DNA from: a virus
Taxonomy: Duplodnaviria > Heunggongvirae > Uroviricota > Caudoviricetes
IMG/VR virus record: IMGVR_UViG_3300028048_001599
DNA length: 64,000 nt
Reading direction: 5' to 3' (one strand)
How positions within the stretch are numbered: the first letter of the stretch is position 1; each line of letters begins with the position of its first letter. Made by a program: the position numbers and the translations under genes. Shown here in pieces: positions 31,640 through 39,130 of the stretch. The notes below the pieces were generated by a model, which saw only the letters and a list, made by a program, of their open reading frames with translations, searched no databases and was not told where the DNA came from.

Positions 31640-32302
31640 AAAGATTATATATTGTTGATTTAGTAAGTCGCTGCTTTCTGATGTCTATGTGGGGGCTTGC
31701 GGAAGTGCAACAATATGGTAGTGTTCTAAGACACGAGATACGAACACTTTTAACCTGCTTTATAGCTGGTAACATTGGTATAATACCGTGACTTGTCAAG
31801 GATTACCTAAAACAAGGAGATGTTACCGATAGTGAGTGAGTACTTGCTATCCTCAGACTAAAAAATAAAAACTGAGGTATGGTCGGAAACGGCAAACAAA
31901 GCGGTGCTATGAGGTTATACCTACTCTAAGGCACTGTAAGGAAGGGGTTTCAAAACCACCGTTGGAAACATAAATAAACATTGAATAATACAGTATGGCA
32001 AGGTTGGGTCAGTTGTATTAGTGGGCGGTCACTTGAACATAAGGAGTGACAACAGACATAGCGAGGTGGCAGCTATGTTATTATAATTAAATTGCCGGTT
32101 CGTTGAGGTGTTAAGACTGAATGATTTTGCTATGGATTACCTAAAGCAAAAGAGAGGAACCTATGTTGCTCAGAGGTGTACTGAGGATTTGAGAAAGGCT
32201 GTAAACAGTAAATAAACACAAAATCGGAGTTATGCAAGGAGTTAAAATGCCTTTATGATTGTGGTGCATAACAGTAAAGTACAAGGTGGGGTACTTAAAT
32301 AT
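31640..32302 (+). ncRNA. large structured ncRNA, GOLLD-like
   Basis: ~660-nt ORF-free multi-hairpin segment next to tRNAs; motifs GTGGGCGGTCAC...GTGAC, GCGAGGTGGCAGC, GAATGATTTTGCT...AGCAAAAG resemble my recollection of GOLLD; not searched. Confidence 0.45.
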
Positions 32303-32346
32303 GGTAACACTGGTGTCTTGTATGAGTTCGATTCTCATAGTTATCT
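32303..32346 (+). ncRNA. armless tRNA-like minihelix 4
   Basis: GGTAAC/GTTATC stem + bulged A + ATGAG-TTCGATT-CTCAT T-arm. Confidence 0.6.
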
Positions 32347-32525
32347 GCTGGCACTCTGGAAATAGACAGGGCAAGTTTAGTTACTTAGTTCTTGTAAAAA
32401 CTGAGTCTGAATACTTATTATACTTAACGAATGTAGTAATACAGGGGGTAAGTTGCGGTAGCTGCTTGGCAACAGTGGAAACAATGTTCTAAAAGATGCC
32501 ACCTAATAATAATACTGGAAACAGT

Positions 32526-32565
32526 TGACAAAGCGGAAAGACGCTTGGCACTCGGACAGACGGGC
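32526..32565 (+). repeat. tandem GAAAGA-loop hairpin motif, copy 1
   Basis: TGACA-AAGCG-GAAAGA-CGCTT-GGCA-CTCG-GACAGA-CGGG. Confidence 0.7.
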
Positions 32566-32616
32566 TATCTTCGGATAGGTACTTTGAAAGTTAAATAAGT
32601 ACATACTCAAAAATAT

Positions 32617-32691
32617 GGCACCATAGTGGAAGTGGTTTATCACGCCACCCTTTCAAGGTGGAGATTCCGAGTTCGAACCTCGGTGGTGTCA
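32617..32691 (+). tRNA. trnE: tRNA-Glu(TTC)
   Basis: canonical cloverleaf, anticodon loop CTTTCAA; no encoded CCA. Confidence 0.92.
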
Positions 32692-32887
32692 CTAAAGATC
32701 ATTTACTTAGCTGGGAACATGATCTATATATTTAATCAGCTCGGAACTGTGAGAACTGTGCGTTGGACGTCTTACATATCTTACTGAGTAGGTGGTTAGA
32801 GGTAAGATACTTTTAAAAAATAGTTTAAAAAACTATTTATAAAATAAAGTTATTGTGTTATAATATATACATAATAAAAATAAACAT

Positions 32888-33222
32888 GGGGGTATGGTGG
32901 AATTGGCAGACACAAGGGACTTGCTGTTGACTGCTTGGATAAAACCAAGTATACCATAGGAAACTATGGGGAGTGCCTTTGGGGAAACCCTTAGAGTAGA
33001 AGTCGCCTAAACGGGGAATGTGTCAACAAAATCCCGTACCAATGCGAAGTGTAAGACTTCAGAAGTGTGTAGAGGCTATACAGCGACTACCTAAACCACA
33101 ATGTGGCATGGTAAAGAGTGAGTCCAGACTACAACGATATCAGTCGGCTATGGTGACATAGAGTAGTAAGAAAATCCCTCGGAGTAACATCCATACGGGT
33201 TCGAGTCCCGTTACCCCCACCA
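32888..33222 (+). tRNA. trnL: tRNA-Leu(TAA), intron-containing (exons 32888-32922 and 33171-33222)
   Basis: joined exons give AGGGA-CTTAAAA-TCCCT anticodon arm, long variable arm, T-arm, A73 + CCA. Confidence 0.88.
32923..33170 (+). mobile_element. group I intron (248 nt, ORF-less) in the tRNA-Leu anticodon
   Basis: follows U34, ends in omega-G; P3 AGTCGC/GCGACT, P4 CGGG/CCCG, R-like GTAGAGGCTA, S-like GAGTCC, P9 ACTAC/GTAGT. Confidence 0.85.
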
Positions 33223-33259
33223 TAAAAAAGAAGTGTAATTTAGCGAGGATATTAAATGT

Positions 33260-33784
33260 ATGGAATATCAAAGAGTACCTATTAAGACAGAGGGTTTTGA
33301 AGGATGTACTGTTGATACAGATGGTATATTATATAAGAATGATGGTACAAAATTTACATATTATGAAAACCATAAAGGCTATTATATGATATATCAAAGT
33401 GGATATATTCGTAAATCAGTACATAGTATTGTTGCTGAAACATTTATACATAATGATAGACCTGGTATAGCTACTATGGTTAATCATAAAGATGGGAATA
33501 AGCACAACAATTCTGTCGATAATCTTGAATGGGTTACATCATCTGAGAATGTAAGGCATGCAGTAGATGTACTTGGGGTAAATTATTCAAGTAATAACGG
33601 TAATGCAAGGGCAATAAAAGGAATAAATAAGTATGATTGTAGTGTTATATACTTTCCTACTATTGCAGATGCAGGCAGACATTTTAGACCCGATAATCCA
33701 GTTAGAGGAAAGGTTTCTATTTGGCGTGTACTTAAAGGTATGAGAAAATCTGTTTATGACTATTATTGGTATTATGACGATTGA
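33260..33784 (+). CDS. free-standing HNH homing endonuclease (HNH_3 + NUMOD1-like)
   Basis: HSIVAETF...VNHKDGNKHNNSVDNLEWVTSSEN..H; C-terminal F.TIADAGR. Confidence 0.9.
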   Translation: MEYQRVPIKTEGFEGCTVDTDGILYKNDGTKFTYYENHKGYYMIYQSGYIRKSVHSIVAETFIHNDRPGIATMVNHKDGNKHNNSVDNLEWVTSSENVRHAVDVLGVNYSSNNGNARAIKGINKYDCSVIYFPTIADAGRHFRPDNPVRGKVSIWRVLKGMRKSVYDYYWYYDD

Positions 33785-33801
33785 ATAAATCGTTATATAT
33801 A

Positions 33802-34075
33802 TGACTTGTCAATGTCATTAAACTTGATAGGTGATAACTACCTGAAGGGTTCTATTTAGTACATTTCAGCTTGTGTACTACCATTGCGTAGAGTGCTAGT
33901 CGACGGCTTTAGAGCTAACTTTACAATGGGAACAGTGCATATATATTGTTGGAATTGCTAAGTATGACTTAGTGTGAAACCTCGTGCGGTTGTGCTGTAA
34001 CACATGGGCAGAGAGAAACTGCGGAGCGTAGAAAAAGCAAAAATGCCTTTACAGAGGTAGAAGTAGCTTTAGAGA
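33802..34075 (+). ncRNA. unknown structured RNA starting with an H-type pseudoknot, copy 1
   Basis: TGAC-TTGTCAAT-GTCA-TTAAAC-TTGATAG; related to 35480; 3' boundary approximate. Confidence 0.4.
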
Positions 34076-34114
34076 CATCGTTGTGAGGTTACCGATGTCA
34101 ATTTATTAAAAAAT

Positions 34115-34182
34115 TACGGTAGCACATATAACAGTTACTTCAGAAAATATTGAACTATAAACTGTTGTAGATTTTCTCCGTA
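34115..34182 (+). ncRNA. Y-RNA-like motif, copy 1 (short loop)
   Basis: outer stem, TAGCACA, 9-bp stem, TACTTCA ... GATTTTCT. Confidence 0.6.
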
Positions 34183-34278
34183 TACTTTCATGGATTCTCA
34201 GTTAGAAGTGAGGTATTAAAATTAACTGTGACTTATCTGGTTAGTACCGACTTGATAAGTATATAAAGGTACAAATTG

Positions 34279-34501
34279 AATGTGGCAGTGCAGAGGACGG
34301 TTACTTCAGAAGATTTTATGATTGGTGCTCTTTTATGGGTACATGTGATCTACTACTTTAGTGTAGACGTTCTGTAACACGTTATTGCAGGAGCGTCCAT
34401 GGCTCTAATATTGGGGGTTTCGCTTCAGCCTTAGAAGCACTTAAATTTAATAGAGCTGGACTACGGTCTGGTTCATTACTGTTCTCGATTTTATCCACAT
34501 T
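34279..34501 (+). ncRNA. Y-RNA-like motif, copy 2 (~170-nt insert)
   Basis: AATGTGG/CCACATT, CAGTGCA, GAGGACGGT/ACTGTTCTC, TACTTCA, GATTTTAT. Confidence 0.6.
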
Positions 34502-34510
34502 ATTTTTTAA

Positions 34511-34666
34511 ATGGCGACAGCGTAGGAAACAGTTACTTCAAAAATTATAAATTTTTTACATTTAAACAAAGCAGCTATGTCTTATAAGACTATGTTGTAA
34601 GATTAACGGTGGATATATCTGCCGTACATATTAAGATTTTTTACTGTTTTCGATTTTCTTCGCTAT
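34511..34666 (+). ncRNA. Y-RNA-like motif, copy 3 (~100-nt insert)
   Basis: ATGGCGA/TCGCTAT, CAGCGTA, GGAAACAGT/ACTGTTTTC, TACTTCA, GATTTTCT. Confidence 0.6.
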
Positions 34667-34673
34667 AACATTT

Positions 34674-34767
34674 GTTGGTATGACGGAAATATAGACGTGG
34701 GTTCTCGCGTGAGCCTGATGCAGAAAGCTAATGCATCGTACAGGTGTAAATCCTGTTGCCAGCACCA
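34674..34767 (+). ncRNA. aberrant class-II tRNA-like RNA A
   Basis: 7-bp acceptor + A73 + CCA, D loop lacks GG, 6-nt anticodon loop, long variable arm, T loop TGTAAAT. Confidence 0.7.
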
Positions 34768-34813
34768 GTTGCTACTAATTAGTAGTAATGTTTTCACTCA
34801 TTTCCATAGTAGA

Positions 34814-34854
34814 TGACAAATCGGAAAGACGATTGACACTCTGGAAAGACAGGG
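34814..34854 (+). repeat. tandem GAAAGA-loop hairpin motif, copy 2
   Basis: TGACA-AATCG-GAAAGA-CGATT-GACA-CTCTG-GAAAGA-CAGGG. Confidence 0.7.
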
Positions 34855-34891
34855 GTATATACTAAAAAGAAAGAAGATAGGTGAATGTATT

Positions 34892-35146
34892 ATGAGTATG
34901 AATCAGACCTTTTATAAATTTTTGGAAGAGAGTACGACTTCTACGAATACTCAGCTACGAAAATATGCTTCTGCACTTTATGGGTACATCAACACTCTGC
35001 CTAAGTTTCCCAAGAAGAATAAGGATAGGAAAACTGTGGAGCAGTCCTTAAAGGCTTCAATGGGGGAGACTTTTGACAGCTTTATGTTTGAGTATGTATG
35101 GCAGGCGTATGAGCAGAAGAAAATGATGTCCGTGTTCTTTGACTAA
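34892..35146 (+). CDS. YozE-like (SAM-like) small protein
   Basis: TFYKFL...FPK...F...W.AY pattern. Confidence 0.5.
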   Translation: MSMNQTFYKFLEESTTSTNTQLRKYASALYGYINTLPKFPKKNKDRKTVEQSLKASMGETFDSFMFEYVWQAYEQKKMMSVFFD

Positions 35147-35190
35147 AATAGTACGCAGTCGTGTAGTATCGTTTTCTTCTCTATTTTTAT

Positions 35191-35281
35191 GTCACTGTGG
35201 CGAAATTATAGACGCTATACCTTGGGTAGAGATACTTGAAATTGAAGTATCGTACAGGTGTAAATCCTGTCAGTGACACCA
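35191..35281 (+). ncRNA. aberrant class-II tRNA-like RNA B
   Basis: GTCACTG/CAGTGAC + A73 + CCA, D loop lacks GG, truncated anticodon hairpin TACC-TTG-GGTA, 7-bp variable arm, T loop TGTAAAT. Confidence 0.7.
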
Positions 35282-35403
35282 CTAAAATTGTATAGATGAT
35301 AAAAGTAGTTTAAATAAAATTCATTGTGACAAAAGCGATAAGCGAAACTAAGCATGAGATATGAGTAGAATCTCATCTTTTAGTAGTCTATACAATTCTA
35401 TAT

Positions 35404-35476
35404 TCCCTCATAGCTCAGCAGGTAGAGCAAACGGCTGTTAACCGTTGGGTCGTAGGTTCGAACCCTACTGGGGGAG
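35404..35476 (+). tRNA. trnN: tRNA-Asn(GTT)
   Basis: canonical cloverleaf, loop CTGTTAA. Confidence 0.93.
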
Positions 35477-35479
35477 CGC

Positions 35480-35730
35480 CGACTTATCAATGTCGTAAAA
35501 CTTGAGAAGTGTAGCATACTTGAGAGCTTATGGAAGTGTAAAAGTTTGGGGGTATCTATAGGTACCACATGGAAGTAAGTAAAATGTGAATCCGAAGCAG
35601 TCGCCCCTCAGCAAATAGGGGTACATAGAAGGATTGCAAAGACTGAAAGTTAGTGCTGTAATGAGTAAGTCAAGGCACCGTGGGGATGTCGGTGTCAAAT
35701 CCTTGAATAGCATAACTGCAATCGTTCCCT
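35480..35730 (+). ncRNA. unknown structured RNA starting with an H-type pseudoknot, copy 2
   Basis: CGAC-TTATCAAT-GTCG-TAAAAC-TTGAGAA immediately after tRNA-Asn; 3' boundary approximate. Confidence 0.4.
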
Positions 35731-35833
35731 TATATACTTATATAATTGTTGCAGACTGATTTATGTACAATATTCAAAAGGATACGCTTACAGGGAAGTT
35801 TATCCATGCACTATGTAGGATATAGTGCGACAT

Positions 35834-35911
35834 GATTCGGTAGTTCAGCTGGTCGTTAGAACACCGTCTATACCAAGGCGGAGGTCAGGGGTTCAAATCC
35901 TCTCCGAATCA
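35834..35911 (+). tRNA. tRNA-Asp-like body with 8-nt anticodon loop (TATACCAA), identity undetermined
   Basis: arms closely match tRNA-Asp at 42831; loop expanded and altered. Confidence 0.6.
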
Positions 35912-36222
35912 CTACTTATAATCTTTGATAATGGGGATTATAAATATTATACAGACTATCTTGAGTGCTGTTACATTATCTATGATTTATAAGGATGCGA
36001 CATGGAATAGCAAGTTGAATTGGTGGTGTGGAGCTGCAAAGCGTAGAAGCATCAGTGATTAAGGATTTATCCGACTTGTTCCTTATAGATTGAAATTAAG
36101 CTAAGGATGTCAGGGTAACTCTCCATATACATTTGTATATAGGGCAAGATAGTTGGTAACAACTTGAGTATGATATGATGAGAGATAGAGTTACAGATAG
36201 GTAGTGGGAAAGCCTATTATAT

Positions 36223-36293
36223 GCAAGTATGGTGTAGGGGTAACATATCAGCTTCCCAAGCTGAGGTCACGGGTTCAAATCCCGCTACTTGCT
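36223..36293 (+). tRNA. trnG: tRNA-Gly(CCC)
   Basis: cloverleaf, loop TTCCCAA, U73. Confidence 0.88.
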
Positions 36294-36409
36294 CTTATAA
36301 TGTATTGATTTTTTAACAACTCATTTGTTTTCCAATATATTACATTTATGTGTCAGATATACCTCAAAAGGTCGTCCATACCCTTAGCCATATATTTGAC
36401 ACATTATAT

Positions 36410-36479
36410 ACTGTACTAGCTTAAAGGTAAAGCAGTCGATTACAAACGATGGATATTAGTTCAAATCTAATGTACAGTA
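36410..36479 (+). tRNA. aberrant tRNA (4-bp anticodon stem, 8-nt loop ATTACAAA), identity undetermined
   Basis: perfect acceptor ACTGTAC/GTACAGT, D arm, T arm ATTAG-TTCAAAT-CTAAT. Confidence 0.55.
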
Positions 36480-36659
36480 CTTTTGGGTAAGGTGCTTTTG
36501 AAGTGAATATTGCATTTGTGGCTATTTGTCAGTATTGCTAATAGGGGTGGCACCAGTACAGGATAGAAAGAGGTTGATTCCTGTTTACATTGAGGATAGG
36601 TATTTATGAACCTTGAACCGGGTTTTCTCATTATCGGCTTTAACATTTTGCGGACTTGG

Positions 36660-36894
36660 AGAAATGAAGATGCGGCTGGATAAAACCGCCTGCCGACATA
36701 AATACTTAAATAAATACCGCAGTAATGGGTTTGTTCATTTTCTCTTGCCACTGCGGTATTGTATTATGCTGATGTAGCTCAATTGGCAGAGCAGCTGATT
36801 TGTAATCAGCAGGTTATGGGTTCAAGTCCCCTCATCAGCTTTACTTATTATAAGAAATGAAGATGCGGCTGGATAAAACCGCCTGCCGACATAA
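36660..36894 (+). repeat. 42-bp exact direct repeat (36660-36701, 36853-36894) flanking tRNA-Thr
   Basis: AGAAATGAAGATGCGGCTGGATAAAACCGCCTGCCGACATAA twice. Confidence 0.9.
36768..36840 (+). tRNA. trnT: tRNA-Thr(TGT)
   Basis: canonical cloverleaf, loop TTTGTAA. Confidence 0.93.
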
Positions 36895-36925
36895 GTATCT
36901 TTATTTTTTTTTACTATTTTTGCAC

Positions 36926-37465
36926 TTTGACAGTTAAATAAGTTTCATTACACCTAAGTGTATGACATCTGGTAAATGTGCTTAGACATTCGTAGAGTTA
37001 GGTTGTGTAACGATAGCTACACTTCAGTGAACTTTGATGCATGGTGATGTGTATCGTAAATACGAATGGTATTCAAAATACATTGGGGTAGAACACAAAT
37101 ACAGTGGCAACCATAATTCTGACTACCTATGTAGGGATACATAGGGGTAAGAGCCAACTATATAAGCCGTGATGGGCTTGTACCTTATGTTGTTGGTAAA
37201 TGCTAAATAAGGTTGTTAGCCTTGAAATAACATTGTATTTGATACTATTAGCTGAATGGCTGGTATACAAAAGTATTGTGAAAAGTTTTTTTTATTTCTG
37301 AATACTCAGTGAACGTTGCAGACTAAAAATTCTGTTGGAGATAACATGGGTGAAGAAGTCAGGAGGTCGCTTCTTTTGGCTCAGACTTCACTTCTCTATC
37401 GTTTAATAACCTCTGTGTATGGTGATACCTTGAAGGAGGGTAATGAAACTTATTTAACTGTCAAA
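36926..37465 (+). ncRNA. large structured ncRNA, ROOL-like, copy 1
   Basis: closed by a perfect 26-bp inverted repeat; shares CCTAAGTGTATGAC, GTGCTTAGACAT, TACA.TGGCAACC, AAGGTTGTTAGCCTTGAAATAACATTGTA with copy 2; family from memory only. Confidence 0.55.
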
Positions 37466-37486
37466 ACTGTACCTTGATAATTTAAT

Positions 37487-37925
37487 ATGCTGTTTTAGAC
37501 CTAAGTGTATGACGTCTTGTTGGCGTGCTTAGACATCTGTTGTAGGTAGACCTTTAACTGATAGGTTTGGGGTAGTGACTTATGTATACAAGTGATTGAT
37601 ATGCGTTGAAAACAGGTGGTACTAAAATACAGTGACATAAAGCAAAAGTACAATGGCAACCGTAAAGCTGACATTGTGGTCAGAAATGGACACAAGGAAA
37701 GTGACATTAACCTAAAGTGTAGCACCTTTGGGGTAGTAAATGTTAATATCAAAACAAGGTTGTTAGCCTTGAAATAACATTGTACTTTGTACGAGTAGCA
37801 TAAAGGCTGTTGAATTACCATGTGAAAGTTGGGGGTATAGTCCTTCATAAGTTTGCAACTTCGGTTGTGCATAAGACAGTTACGGGATAGCAACCTGTTA
37901 TTGAAATTTATGTCTTATTAGCTTA
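37487..37925 (+). ncRNA. large structured ncRNA, ROOL-like, copy 2
   Basis: same ordered motif blocks as copy 1 with divergent intervening stems; boundaries approximate. Confidence 0.5.
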
Positions 37926-38004
37926 ATAATGTATATGTATGTAGGTACTATGAAGATAGTTAAAACAGTGTATTAAATTATCAAGATTACAAATAATAAA
38001 ATAT

Positions 38005-38089
38005 GCGGATATGGTGAAATCGGCAGACACGCAAGATTTAGGTTCTTGTACCGTAAGGTGTGCAGGTTCAAGTCCTGTTATCCGCACCA
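38005..38089 (+). tRNA. trnL: tRNA-Leu(TAG)
   Basis: class II cloverleaf, loop TTTAGGT, A73 + CCA. Confidence 0.93.
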
Positions 38090-38197
38090 AATGTCAGGTA
38101 GGTTCTACAATTATAAGTTCTTCTCACTTTCTTATTTTTGTAGCTACCTGACATTGTTAATTGAACTAATATTCATGATGCTAAATGGAGTAATATT

Positions 38198-38518
38198 ATG
38201 AGGTTATTTAGTTTAATAATTATAATAATTGAATTGGTACTATGTGTTGTATCTGCATATTTGACTATTTTAGGTTATGTAGAACCAGCACATATTTGTA
38301 TATTTTTGATACTTATACTATCTATATTATATATCATTCTTCATTCTGCTTATGTAGATAAAAAATATGTAATTATAGAAAATAAAATACTACATGAAGG
38401 TTATACTCTATTTTTAGATGGTGTAAAGACAGATATTAGTATGGTAGTATTAGAAGATTATTCTCTACAAAAAATTAATGTTGATAACATTAAAAAAGAT
38501 GTTTATATTACTTTATAA
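38198..38518 (+). CDS. small membrane protein
   Basis: two hydrophobic helices. Confidence 0.55.
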   Translation: MRLFSLIIIIIELVLCVVSAYLTILGYVEPAHICIFLILILSILYIILHSAYVDKKYVIIENKILHEGYTLFLDGVKTDISMVVLEDYSLQKINVDNIKKDVYITL

Positions 38519-38636
38519 TGTGATTATATGGGAAATAATAAACTTCGTAGATATATGAACGAATGTCGCAAATGGACAGATAAATCTACTAAACGTCATA
38601 AACATAATTTTAACCAACAGGGAATAATACATTCAT

Positions 38637-38855
38637 ATGAGTAAATTTGCAGTAGACTTAGTGACTGTGAGGTGTAAAAAGAAGCTTTTCAAGGCAAAAA
38701 GACGTGTTGCTATTGATAAAAGAGATTTCTATGAGTAGATGGTCAAGAAATATTCAAGACTAAGGGATGAAGCTGTTCAGTACGAGAAGGATTGTAGCAA
38801 GTACATAGAACAAGAATATACTAAAATTCTTAAGTTTACATCTGAAAATAATTGA
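38637..38855 (+). pseudogene. small basic ORF interrupted by an in-frame TAG (38736-38738)
   Basis: MSKFAV...DFYE*MVKKYSRL...ENN* in one frame. Confidence 0.35.
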
Positions 38856-39130
38856 TGTTTTAAATTGTGGTCGGTATATTTTATATATATATATCGACCA
38901 TAATTTTATATTATTTACTTTATAAGTCTATAGTTTAACTCATATGAAAAAGCATTGTTGCTGTATTAAGTTAAAACTTATGTATATGTTAATACCTTAA
39001 TATAATTTAGTACATAAATATTAAATCTTCTATTAATAGTCATAATAAGACATAAGATAAAATATCACATTTATTCTTACATATTTTTTAGTAAGTAAAT
39101 ATTAATTTTAATGGAAAGGTGTTAATGATT

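Noticed and set aside
30811-32600. rRNA operon implied by the tandem promoters, boxA-like sites and anti-SD match
   Set aside because: No 16S/23S/5S conserved sequence is recognisable.
35476-35540. Theta/HDV-like ribozyme at the 3' trailer of tRNA-Asn
   Set aside because: I could not build the nested P1/P1.1/P2/P3 fold; only a simple H-type pseudoknot is supported.
36660-36894. CRISPR array
   Set aside because: Only two repeat copies, the spacer is a tRNA, and no cas genes are present.
36926-37465. MITE/transposon defined by the 26-bp terminal inverted repeat
   Set aside because: No target-site duplication or transposase; the interior matches the adjacent ncRNA paralogue, so an RNA processing stem fits better.
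38637-38855. Stop-codon reassignment (TAG=Gln, code 15) suggested by an in-frame TAG in a small ORF
   Set aside because: All long genes are uninterrupted in code 11, several genes end in TAG (15515, 20361, 43401, 47189), and no CTA suppressor tRNA was found. A single nonsense mutation or two short ORFs is more likely.
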